Positions 1 through 8,783 of a stretch of 64,000 nucleotides of DNA are shown here, one piece after another (the first letter of the stretch is position 1; every line of letters starts with the position of its first letter). Location: the NCBI GenBank assembly GCA_041750795.1, contig JBGSYQ010000529.1, positions 612 through 64,611 on the forward strand, in the 5' to 3' direction. Below the pieces are notes generated by a model. The model ran no database searches, was not told where the DNA came from, and worked only from the letters and a program-made list of their open reading frames with translations. The translations under genes were made by a program, and so were the position numbers. This DNA is from Pirellulales bacterium. Lineage in GTDB: Bacteria; Planctomycetota; Planctomycetia; Pirellulales; PALSA-1355.

Positions 1-112
1 GCGGCGGGAAGTAGTTGTTGGAGTGCAGGCTTCAGCCTGCCGAGTTTGCGGCGCTGCACTACCATTCGCCAAGCCAGGACAGCCTGAAGGCTGAACTTCA
101 ACGACGAGCGCC

Positions 113-550
113 ATGAACCCAAGTCCTTCACGCCGCTCGTTTCAATTCAGCCTGCGGACGATTCTGCTGATTGCCGTGCCGTGGGTGGCCGCGCTGGCTT
201 GGATCGTGGCGTTGGACGGTCCGTACTTCGACAAGCGCAGGGTGCTCACGCATAAGCTTGGCCTGCTCATCTTGCTGGTCGATGCAGCCTTCATCCTGTT
301 GCTCTTTCGCGCCTGGTTGGGGGCTTCGTGGCGATTCTTGGCGGTATGGTTGATCGTGTTTGAGCTGATCGCCGGAATGATTCTCCGCAACCGGCAACGG
401 AGCTTGGAGCGGCAACGGCTGCAAAGCCCGCCGGCGTCAACCGTAAACGCGACCGTGCCGGTTTGCGCGTTGACAAACGCTGCCGCCGGGCAGTCGCATT
501 CGCGCCACTGGCTGGTCTACAATAGCCGGATTGCCGCTCGGCTCGCTTAG
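113..550 (+). CDS. hypothetical small membrane protein
   Basis: 145-aa ORF from ATG 113. The N-terminal RRSFQFSLRTILLI motif is followed by about 3 hydrophobic helices. No family recognised. Overlapping antisense ORFs look like GC-driven shadows. Confidence 0.45.
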   Translation: MNPSPSRRSFQFSLRTILLIAVPWVAALAWIVALDGPYFDKRRVLTHKLGLLILLVDAAFILLLFRAWLGASWRFLAVWLIVFELIAGMILRNRQRSLERQRLQSPPASTVNATVPVCALTNAAAGQSHSRHWLVYNSRIAARLA

Positions 551-609
551 GTGTGCCGTGAGCATGGCGGTCACGCGGCGTTTCATCCAACCTTCTGCCG
601 GCCACTTCG

Positions 610-2217
610 ATGCTCGAGCGTATTCCGCGTTATCTGGTTCCTTTCGAGCCCAAGCGCGTGCCGCACCGCTTTGCCGACGTCTTGATAATCGGCGGCGGAC
701 TGGCTGGTCTGCGGGCGGCGCTGGCTGTGCCGGCGAACCTGTCGGTGCTGGTGGTCACCAAGGGGGCCTTGCAGCAGTCGAACAGCAATTACGCGCAAGG
801 CGGCATCGCCGGCGTGCTCGATCCGGAGGATCGCTTCGAGGACCATATCGCCGACACGCTCACCGCCGGCTGCGAATTGTGCGACATGGCCGTGGTCGAA
901 ATGGTGGTCCGCGAAGCGCCCGCGCGGATCAACGAATTGATCGAGTGGGGCACCAACTTCGACCAGGTTTCCGGCGTGCTGGCACTGGGACGCGAAGGAG
1001 GCCACAGCCACCATCGCATCGTGCATGCCCTGGGCGACGCCACCGGCAAGGAAGTGATGCGGGCGGTGATCGATCGCGTCTGCGGCCTGCCCAACGTCGA
1101 GACCTGGGAGAACGCCTTCACGCTCGATCTCTTGACCCACGACGGACAGTGCCGAGGCGCGCTGGTGGCCGCCGCCGCGGGCAACGTCTGCGTGTGGGCC
1201 AAGCAAACCATCCTCTGCACCGGCGGCAGCGGGCAAATCTATCGCGAAACCACGAATCCCGACGTGGCCACCGGAGACGGACTTGCGATTGCCTTTCGCG
1301 CGGGCGCCGAGATGCGCGACATGGAGTTCATCCAGTTTCATCCCACCGTGCTGTACATCGCCGGCAGCAGCCGCAGCCTGATCACCGAGGCGATGCGCGG
1401 CGAAGGCGCGCGGCTGGTCGATCGGCACGGCCACGCCTTCATGCTCGATTACGATCCGCGGGGCGATCTGGCGCCGCGCGACGTGGTGAGCCGCGCTATC
1501 GTGACCCAGATGGAACGCACGCGCACGCCCAACGTGTTTCTCGACCTCACGCACTTGGAGCCCGCCTTCGTGCGGGCACGGTTTCCGGGCATTGCCACCA
1601 CCTGCGCGGAGTTTGGTTTGGACATCGCCGTCGATTGGATTCCGGTGCGGCCCGGCGCGCATTACCTGGTCGGCGGCGTAACCGTCGATCTGGAAGGTCG
1701 CACCAGCGTGCCCGGCTTGTGGGCGGCCGGTGAGTGCACTTCCAGCGGCTTGCACGGCGCCAACCGCCTGGCGTCGAACAGCTTGCTGGAGGGGCTCGTT
1801 TATGGCGCGCATGCCGGCCACGGCGCGGCAACGTTGGCAGCGAAAAAGGACGACGATCTGCGAGCAATGCCCATTGCGAATCTCCCGGCCGAAGACGGCG
1901 GTGGCGAGACACTGAACCTGAGCGACATCCGCAACTCGCTGAAAAGCCTGATGGGGCGCTATGCCGGCGTGCGCCGCGAGCGTCAAGAACTGGTCGATGC
2001 CGCCGAAACCATCGATCGCTGGTGCGGTTACGTGCTGGCGCGACAGTTCTCGGACACCGAGGGCTGGGAACTGCAAAACATGCTTACCGTGTCCCGGCTG
2101 GTGGTGGCGTCGGCGCTGGAGCGCGAGGAAACGCGCGGCGTTCACTATCGGACCGACTTTCCCGAGCGCGACGACGCGCACTGGAAGCGGCGGATTGCGT
2201 TTCGGCGCAGCGGTTGA
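610..2217 (+). CDS. nadB: L-aspartate oxidase
   Basis: 535-aa ORF. It has the FAD fold DVLIIGGGLAGLRAAL, plus NSNYAQGGIA, RPGAHYLVGGV and GLWAAGECTSSGLHGANRLASNSLLEGLV. Size and C-terminus fit NadB rather than SdhA. Confidence 0.92.
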   Translation: MLERIPRYLVPFEPKRVPHRFADVLIIGGGLAGLRAALAVPANLSVLVVTKGALQQSNSNYAQGGIAGVLDPEDRFEDHIADTLTAGCELCDMAVVEMVVREAPARINELIEWGTNFDQVSGVLALGREGGHSHHRIVHALGDATGKEVMRAVIDRVCGLPNVETWENAFTLDLLTHDGQCRGALVAAAAGNVCVWAKQTILCTGGSGQIYRETTNPDVATGDGLAIAFRAGAEMRDMEFIQFHPTVLYIAGSSRSLITEAMRGEGARLVDRHGHAFMLDYDPRGDLAPRDVVSRAIVTQMERTRTPNVFLDLTHLEPAFVRARFPGIATTCAEFGLDIAVDWIPVRPGAHYLVGGVTVDLEGRTSVPGLWAAGECTSSGLHGANRLASNSLLEGLVYGAHAGHGAATLAAKKDDDLRAMPIANLPAEDGGGETLNLSDIRNSLKSLMGRYAGVRRERQELVDAAETIDRWCGYVLARQFSDTEGWELQNMLTVSRLVVASALEREETRGVHYRTDFPERDDAHWKRRIAFRRSG

Positions 2218-2827
2218 CGTTGGTCAAACGAGCGGCGACGTATGGACGGCGCCAAGAAGGGCTTCGGACCCCACGAATCTGGGCACCCAAGGCGGCACGG
2301 GCCAACGGCGCTTTTGACGTGCGATAGCACGAGGTACGCGGACCACACCGCGTCACGTAGCGGAAAAACACCGGCAGGCCGATTAACCGGCGGCCGCACA
2401 GGGGGTTACGCACGGAAAACACCGGCTGACCCGCGGAATCTGCGGGCCGTGGCTCGGGCAGTCGAGTTTTTCGTCCTTCGGTCGATCCAAATTCTCCCCC
2501 GCTGCGTAAGTCTGGACAGGGACACGCCATTCGTAGTACCTTCTAGACCGCTCAACAGGACCGTCTGCTCCCCGCTGCACTGAACCGGTGGCCCGCCACG
2601 CAGTTCGCCCTGTTGGTGATTCTCAAGCGCTGGCGGCCAGTCGCCGTGTGGGGGCATTCAGAGATCGCTAATCGTGCTCGGATTGTTGAACCATGGGGGC
2701 GTATGTCGTGCAAACGTGGGGTTCGCCTGAGAGACGTTCGGCCGGGTGCTGCCAGTCCGGTCGCATGCCGCTGGTGTGCGAGCGCCGCTTAGCATCGTTG
2801 ACCACGTTGGACCGGAGAGATTGACCG

Positions 2828-3565
2828 ATGAGCCAAACGCAAGGGCCCGCCATGATCGAGGCGCAGGGCCTGTCGAAGTATTACGGCGATTTCGCCGCGG
2901 TGGAGGACGTTTCTTTCAGCATTCCGCAGGGTCAGGTCGTGGCCTTTCTGGGTCCTAACGGGGCCGGCAAGAGCACGACCATGAAGCTGTTGACCGGCTA
3001 TCTGGCCCCCTCGAAGGGCTCGGCACGGATCGCCGGCCACGACATGGCCACCGATCGGTTGGATGGCTCGGCCAAGCTGGGCTACCTGCCGGAAAACGGC
3101 CCGCTCTATCCCGACATGACGCCGCGCAGCCTGCTGGAGTTCTTTGCCGACGCGCGGGGCATGACTCCCCAACGCAAGCACGAGCGCATCGACGCCGTGG
3201 TCGAGCTTTGTGCGCTGGGCAGCGTGATCGGCAAGGCCATCGGCAAGTTGTCCAAAGGTTACCGCCAGCGCGTGGGCATGGCGCAAGTGCTGCTGCACGA
3301 ACCCGACGTGCTGATCCTGGACGAGCCGACCGCGGGCCTCGATCCGAACCAGATTCGCGACGTTCGCAATACGATCCGCATGCTGGGCCGCAACAAGACG
3401 ATTCTGCTGTCGACGCACATTCTGCAAGAGGTGGAAGCCATTGCCAGCCGCGTGCTGTTTATCAACGAGGGGCGGCTGGTGTTTGATGGATCGGTGGCCG
3501 ACCTGAAGGCCGGCGGACACGACCTCGACACGCGCTTCCACGAACTGACCACCGAGGGAGCGTGA
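2828..3565 (+). CDS. ABC transporter ATP-binding protein (ABC-2 / GldA-like)
   Basis: Walker A GPNGAGKST, signature LSKGYRQR, Walker B LILDEPTAGLD. GGAGAGA lies upstream of ATG 2828. Confidence 0.9.
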   Translation: MSQTQGPAMIEAQGLSKYYGDFAAVEDVSFSIPQGQVVAFLGPNGAGKSTTMKLLTGYLAPSKGSARIAGHDMATDRLDGSAKLGYLPENGPLYPDMTPRSLLEFFADARGMTPQRKHERIDAVVELCALGSVIGKAIGKLSKGYRQRVGMAQVLLHEPDVLILDEPTAGLDPNQIRDVRNTIRMLGRNKTILLSTHILQEVEAIASRVLFINEGRLVFDGSVADLKAGGHDLDTRFHELTTEGA

Positions 3566-3672
3566 AGCGGGCCAAAACGGCGCGCGAGGTCGCAGGCCTC
3601 GCTTCCTCGAACAACATGGCCCCCCAGCTCAATGGGTCTCGATTCAACGAGTTGTCACTTCAGGTTGAAACT

Positions 3673-6516
3673 ATGAAACCGCACGTCATCCTTGCGATCT
3701 TCAAACGAAACTTCGTCAGCTACTTCAGCAATCCGACGGGTTACGTATTCATCTGCGTATTCGTGTTGCTCAGCTCGTTTGCGGCATTTTGGCCCAGCGA
3801 ATTCTTCAACGCCAACCTGGCGAATCTCGACCAGTTGAACAAGTATTTGCCGTACATCCTGTTGGTGTTCGTGCCGGCCATCACCATGAGCATTTGGGCG
3901 GACGAACGGCGGCAGGGCACCGATGAGCTGCTGCTGACGATTCCGGCCGGCGACTTCGACGTGGTGTTGGGCAAGTACCTGGCGGCCGTGGCCATTTTTT
4001 CCGCGTCGCTGGTGTTCTCGCTGGTTTCGAATTTCTTCGTGCTCGACTACCTGGCCGACCCGGACGTCGGGTTGCTGTTGGCCACGTATTTCGGCTATTG
4101 GATCGTGGGACTGGCGATGCTGAGCATCGGTATGGTCGCCTCGTTTCTGACCGGAAACCTGACGGTGGGCTTCATTCTGGGCGCGCTGTTCAATGCGCCG
4201 TTGGTGTTTGCCTCGGCGGCGCCCACCTGGCTGCCGCTGTTGAGACGGCTGAGCATCGGCGAACAGTTCGACGACTTTTCGCGCGGCGTGATCAGCATGG
4301 CCAGCGTGGGTTACTTTCTGGCGATCGTGGCGCTGATGTTGTATCTGAGCGTGGTGTTGATCGGCCGGCGTCATTGGCGTGGCGGTCCGGCGGGGCAATC
4401 GGTGGCGGCCCACTATGCCGTGCGCTTCGTGGCGCTGGTGGCGGTGGTTATTTCGCTCAACGTCTTTCTGTCGCGGCACGACCGACTGCGGATCGATGCG
4501 ACCGTCGAGCGGTTGAGCTCGTTGGCGCCGCAAAGCCGCAAGTTGATCGCCAACCTCGATACCAAGCGCCCCGTGACGGTCGAGTACTTCATCAGCCCGG
4601 AAGTGCCCGAGGCCTACGTGCAAACGCGGCTGAACCTGTTGTCGACTCTGCGCGAGTTGGAGGCGGCCGCGGGAGACAAGTTGCGCGTGATCGGGCACAG
4701 CGTCGATCTGTTCAGCGAGGACGCCACGCGCGCCGAGCAGCAATTCGGCATCCGGCCCACGCCGGTGGAATCGCGCAGCGGAGGCGCCCGTACCCGCGAG
4801 GAGATCTTCCTGGGTCTGGCGTTCACTTGTGGTTTGGACAAGGTGGTGATTCCGTTTTTGGACAAGGGCATTCCAGTCGAGTACGAGCTGGTGCGGTCGA
4901 TCGCCACGGTCAGCCAGCAGCAGCGCAAGAAAATTGGCGTGCTCACAACCGACGCACGGCTGTATGGCACCTTTGACATGCAGACGATGGCCATGCCGCA
5001 GAACGAGCTGATCATCGAGGAGTTGCAGAAGCAATACGAGGTGGTGCAGGTCGATCCGAACAACCCGATCGTCGAACGGTACGACGTGCTGCTGGCGGCG
5101 CAGCCCTCATCGCTCACGCAGCCGCAACTCGACAATCTCATCGCGGCGGTCAAGAGCGGCCAGCCGACGGCCATCTTCGAGGATCCGATGCCCTGGATCA
5201 ACCCGATGGTGCCGGGCACCAACGCCCCCAAGCAACCGCCCGGGGCCGGCAATCCGTTCATGCAGCGAACGCCACCCGAGCCCAAGGGAGACATCACTCA
5301 GTTGTGGGACTTGTTGGGCGTGGAATTCAGCGGCGAGAACGTGATCTGGCAGGATTACAACCCGATGCCCAAGCTGGCGGGCTTCGTCACGCGCGAGTGG
5401 GTTTTCGTCGACTACGGCAGCGGCGCCAAGAAGCCGTTCAACCTGGACAATCCGGTGACCAAGGATCTGCAACAAGTGCTGTTCCTGTTTCCGGGCTCGG
5501 TGAGGGGATTGAATTCGTCGCCGCTGGAGTTCACCGAACTGGTAACGACCAACGATCGCACGGGCACGGTGCGCTACGACCAGATTTTCGAGCAAACGAT
5601 GATGGGCCAGCCGCGGATGAATCCCGATCTGCCGCTGTTGGAGCGACCGAGCAACGAGAAATACATCCTGGCGGCGCAGATTCGCGGTAAGTTGAAGTCG
5701 GACAATGTGCCGATGCACGATTCCGGTGCCGAGTCCGACGCGGCCGCGGCGGCCAAGGCGGAACTGAAAGCCGCCGAGGAAAAAGTCAAGCAAGCGGCCT
5801 CCGCCGCCGCAAAGGACGGCCGAGAGAAGCAGGGCGAGGGTGCAGCCGGCGACGCCAAGTCCGAAGAGGCGCCGACCGAAGCCAAGACGGCCGAGCCCGA
5901 GATCAACGTGGTGCTGGTGGGCGACATCGATTGCCTGTATGGCGCGTTCTTTGCGTTGCGAGCGCGGGGTGACGATCCGGACAGCGATTTCGAGTTCAAT
6001 TTCGACAACGTGCCGTTCGTGTTGAATTTGCTCGACTTGCTGGCCGACGACGAGCGATTCGTGGAGATTCGCACGCGGCGCCCCTCGCACCGCACGTTGA
6101 CCACCATCGCCGCGCAGACGGAAGCGGCGCGCGAATCGGCCGACAAGGAACGCGAGAAGTTCGTCAAGAAGTTCGAGCTCGAGCAGGCGAAGGCCCAGAG
6201 CGATTTCGACGCGCGCATCGCCCAGTTGAAGAAGCGCGACGTGAACCAGCAGCAGGCAATGATTGAAATCCTGCAGGCCCAGCAAGTGGGCCAGCGGCGC
6301 TTGGAGACGCGGCTGGAGCAACTCAAGAAGGAGCGCGACAGCAAGATCAAGGAGGCCGAGACCAAGAGCGCCCAGGCGATCCGCTCGGTGCAGGATCGCT
6401 ACAAGCTGTGGGCCGTGTTGCTGCCGCCGATTCCGCCGTTGATCGTAGCGTTCGTGGTCTTTTTCAATCGCCGCGCCAACGAGCGCGAGGGCGTCTCGAA
6501 GGCACGCTTACGCTAG
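3673..6516 (+). CDS. fused ABC-2 permease (GldF-like) and GldG-like auxiliary domain with C-terminal coiled coil and TM anchor
   Basis: The long ORF is 3562..6516. I prefer ATG 3673 (MKPHVILAIFKRNFVSYFSNPTGYVFI, a typical ABC-2 permease N-terminus). A GTG at 3562 overlapping the ATPase stop (GTGA) is an alternative start. About 6 TM helices are followed by a large soluble GldG-like region, a K/E/A/Q-rich coiled-coil stretch, and a final hydrophobic helix LWAVLLPPIPPLIVAFVVFF. Confidence 0.8.
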   Translation: MKPHVILAIFKRNFVSYFSNPTGYVFICVFVLLSSFAAFWPSEFFNANLANLDQLNKYLPYILLVFVPAITMSIWADERRQGTDELLLTIPAGDFDVVLGKYLAAVAIFSASLVFSLVSNFFVLDYLADPDVGLLLATYFGYWIVGLAMLSIGMVASFLTGNLTVGFILGALFNAPLVFASAAPTWLPLLRRLSIGEQFDDFSRGVISMASVGYFLAIVALMLYLSVVLIGRRHWRGGPAGQSVAAHYAVRFVALVAVVISLNVFLSRHDRLRIDATVERLSSLAPQSRKLIANLDTKRPVTVEYFISPEVPEAYVQTRLNLLSTLRELEAAAGDKLRVIGHSVDLFSEDATRAEQQFGIRPTPVESRSGGARTREEIFLGLAFTCGLDKVVIPFLDKGIPVEYELVRSIATVSQQQRKKIGVLTTDARLYGTFDMQTMAMPQNELIIEELQKQYEVVQVDPNNPIVERYDVLLAAQPSSLTQPQLDNLIAAVKSGQPTAIFEDPMPWINPMVPGTNAPKQPPGAGNPFMQRTPPEPKGDITQLWDLLGVEFSGENVIWQDYNPMPKLAGFVTREWVFVDYGSGAKKPFNLDNPVTKDLQQVLFLFPGSVRGLNSSPLEFTELVTTNDRTGTVRYDQIFEQTMMGQPRMNPDLPLLERPSNEKYILAAQIRGKLKSDNVPMHDSGAESDAAAAAKAELKAAEEKVKQAASAAAKDGREKQGEGAAGDAKSEEAPTEAKTAEPEINVVLVGDIDCLYGAFFALRARGDDPDSDFEFNFDNVPFVLNLLDLLADDERFVEIRTRRPSHRTLTTIAAQTEAARESADKEREKFVKKFELEQAKAQSDFDARIAQLKKRDVNQQQAMIEILQAQQVGQRRLETRLEQLKKERDSKIKEAETKSAQAIRSVQDRYKLWAVLLPPIPPLIVAFVVFFNRRANEREGVSKARLR

Positions 6517-6622
6517 TCTCGCCACAATCGCCATATACCGTTCGATGCCATCATTCAACGTCATTTGAGCCACGGCGCCGCGGCACATCGCGCGGCGCTT
6601 TCGCTCCAGCAAGGTGACCGAC

Positions 6623-8422
6623 ATGGAAAAGCAAGAGAAGAAAGAAAACCAGAAGACTCTCATCTACGTGCTGGTGGCCGGCATGGCGCTGTTGGTGGCC
6701 TGGGAGCCCTGGCGCCCCGCGCCGCCCGACCATAGCGCGCCGGCGGAAGTGGGCGCGAAGCTGTTTCGCGATTTCAAGGATCCGCTGGCCGCCAAGAACC
6801 TGGAAGTGACGAAGTTCGACGAGGACACGGCGACGATCCGCCCCTTCAAGGTGGCACAGGTCGACGGCGTCTGGTCGATTCCCTCGCACAGCAACTATCC
6901 GGCCGACGCACAAGACCACATGGCCGCGGCCGCCACGTCGTTGTTGGACCTGACCATTCTGGGCGAAGTGACCCGCAACGCCGGCGATCAGGAATTGTAC
7001 GGCGTGATCACGCCCGACCCGAAGACGCTCAGCCAAGGAGCTACCGGCGTCGGCACGCGCGTTACCTTGCGCGACGACAAGGACAAGGTGCTGGCCGACC
7101 TGGTGATCGGCAAGCCGGTCAAGGACCAGCCCGCGCTGCGTTACGTGCGCGAGGCGGGCCGCGATCCGATCTACACAGTGGCCATCTCAACCGATCGATT
7201 CTCGACCAAGTTCGAGGACTGGATCGAGGAAGACCTGCTCAAGCTCAACGCGTTCGACGTGCGCGAAGTCGAGCTAAACGACTATTCGATCGAGGAAGCG
7301 CCTTTGCAAGATCGTCAGATTGGATTGCGGATGAATCCGCGGATGAAGACCAAGCTGGCATTTGACGACACCAAGTCGAGTTGGAGCCTGGTTGAGATGA
7401 CCGAGTTCGACGACCAGCAACAAGCGACACCAACCCAACTGGCGGAGAACGAAGAACTGAACGCCGAGATTCTCAACGCGCTGAAGACGGCGCTCGACGA
7501 CCTGAAGATCGTCGACGTGGAGCGCAAGCCCAAGGGGCTGAGCCAGGACCTGCGGGCCAGCGAAGAACTGGTCAAGAACCCTGAAACGCAAGGTTCGCTG
7601 GTGGCGCGAGGGTTTTACCCCGTGCAGGTCGAAGACCACCTGGAAATCTTCTCCAGCGAGGGCGAGGCCACTTGCACGACCAAGGACGGCGTGCGCTACG
7701 TGCTGCGGTTCGGCCGCCTGGCCGGCGGACCGGTCGACGACGAGCCGAAGGACGAGGCGACCGACGACGACCAGCCAAAAAGCGATCCGGCGCTGAACCG
7801 TTATCTGTTCGTGATGGCCCAGTTCGACGAGAGCCAGATTCCCAAGCCCGAGTTCGAGCCCGTGCCCGGAGAGGAGCCACCGGCTGACGAGAAGCCGGCC
7901 GATGCGACCGAGGCCGACACGGCGACCGAGCCAGAGGTTGATGCGCCGGCCGAGGAGAAGAAGCCGGCCGATGGCAGCGAGCCGCCGGTGCCCGAAACCA
8001 AAACGTCCGCCGCGGCTCAGGCCGAGGGCGATACCGGCGAAGAAGATCCCGCTGACAAGCAGTCCGCAACCGACGAGCCCAAGGCCGAGGACGGCAAGAG
8101 CGAGGAAAAGCCGGCCGCCGACGCGCCAGCCGAGATCAAGCCCGCCGCTCCCACGCCCGAAGAGCAGCAGAAGGTCGCGGTCGAGCGCGAAAACAAGCGC
8201 CGTCAGGAAGAGTACGACGACGCGATCAAGAAGGGGCAGGACAAGGTCAAGGAGCTTAACGACCGTTTTGCCGATTGGTACTTCATCATATCCGACGACG
8301 TCTACAAGAAGATTCACCTGGGCCGCGGTGACATCGTGAAAGCGAAGGTCGTGAAAGACGCTGTCGACGAATTGGGCGATCCAGAATTGAACGAATTGCA
8401 GAAGGGCCTGGACGGCGAGTAA
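6623..8422 (+). CDS. DUF4340-like protein with acidic/proline-rich low-complexity insert
   Basis: ORF 6614..8422. ATG 6623 is preceded by AAGGTG. It has an N-terminal TM helix (LIYVLVAGMALLVAW). The position directly after a GldG-like gene is typical for DUF4340. A long PEEK-rich segment lies at about 7830-8170. The family call is from memory of this architecture. Confidence 0.7.
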   Translation: MEKQEKKENQKTLIYVLVAGMALLVAWEPWRPAPPDHSAPAEVGAKLFRDFKDPLAAKNLEVTKFDEDTATIRPFKVAQVDGVWSIPSHSNYPADAQDHMAAAATSLLDLTILGEVTRNAGDQELYGVITPDPKTLSQGATGVGTRVTLRDDKDKVLADLVIGKPVKDQPALRYVREAGRDPIYTVAISTDRFSTKFEDWIEEDLLKLNAFDVREVELNDYSIEEAPLQDRQIGLRMNPRMKTKLAFDDTKSSWSLVEMTEFDDQQQATPTQLAENEELNAEILNALKTALDDLKIVDVERKPKGLSQDLRASEELVKNPETQGSLVARGFYPVQVEDHLEIFSSEGEATCTTKDGVRYVLRFGRLAGGPVDDEPKDEATDDDQPKSDPALNRYLFVMAQFDESQIPKPEFEPVPGEEPPADEKPADATEADTATEPEVDAPAEEKKPADGSEPPVPETKTSAAAQAEGDTGEEDPADKQSATDEPKAEDGKSEEKPAADAPAEIKPAAPTPEEQQKVAVERENKRRQEEYDDAIKKGQDKVKELNDRFADWYFIISDDVYKKIHLGRGDIVKAKVVKDAVDELGDPELNELQKGLDGE

Positions 8423-8436
8423 GACGCAGCGGTCGG

Positions 8437-8760
8437 CTATCCAGCCACGTCCGTGCCGAGCTCGCGCAGGAACTCGAGCGTGAAGATGCCGGTGTCGTGG
8501 CCGTCGCTGAAGGCGATTGCATAGGCGTAGTTGCCCACGGGGCGCATTCCTTCGACCTTGAGCGGCCGCGCTTCGGCCGCCGAGAGCACCGGCAGCAATC
8601 CGGCGGGCTGCGGCGGCGCGGCGCGCTTCTCGCGACAAGTGGCGCAAGGACAGCGTGAGCGCAGCTCGCCGAACGTGATCTCGCGGCGCACGCCGTCGCT
8701 CCACTCGATGAGCAACCGATCGTCGCCCTGCAGCTTCAGTTGGGTGGGTCGCACGCTCAT
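8437..8760 (-). CDS. DUF971 family protein (gamma-butyrobetaine hydroxylase-like N-terminal domain)
   Basis: 107 aa. LLIEWSDG...FGELRSRCPCATC...YAYAIAFSDGHDTGIFT matches the DUF971 pattern. Confidence 0.8.
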   Translation of the reverse strand: MSVRPTQLKLQGDDRLLIEWSDGVRREITFGELRSRCPCATCREKRAAPPQPAGLLPVLSAAEARPLKVEGMRPVGNYAYAIAFSDGHDTGIFTLEFLRELGTDVAG

Positions 8761-8783
8761 GGCATTCCAATCTTGCCGGCCGC

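Noticed and set aside
25-93. Two near-palindromes lie near the window edge: GCAGGCT-TC-AGCCTGC (25-40) and CAGCCT-GA-AGGCTG (80-93).
   Set aside because: The 2-nt centres cannot form real hairpin loops. The two are not exact reverse complements of each other. The left context is cut off by the window edge, so there is too little to interpret.
2461-2510. The minus-strand string GGGGGAGAAUUUGGAUCGACCGAAGG resembles the 5' end of tmRNA (GGGGCUGAUUCUGGAUUCGACGGG).
   Set aside because: No complementary 3' acceptor strand (CUCCCCC-ACCA) or convincing T-arm is present downstream on that strand. Only about 280 nt remain before nadB. The possible tag frames end in ...GVFRA or ...CAAAG rather than a typical hydrophobic A-A tail. 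I treat it as a coincidental match and left the region flagged only as an unexplained spacer.
2715-2775. GGGGUUCGCCUGAGAGA resembles the GGGGUGC...CUGAGA start of a TPP riboswitch.
   Set aside because: The obligatory downstream ACCUGAUCUGGAUAAUGCCAGCG-type pyrimidine-sensor helix is absent. The downstream gene is an ABC-2 ATPase, not a thiamine gene.
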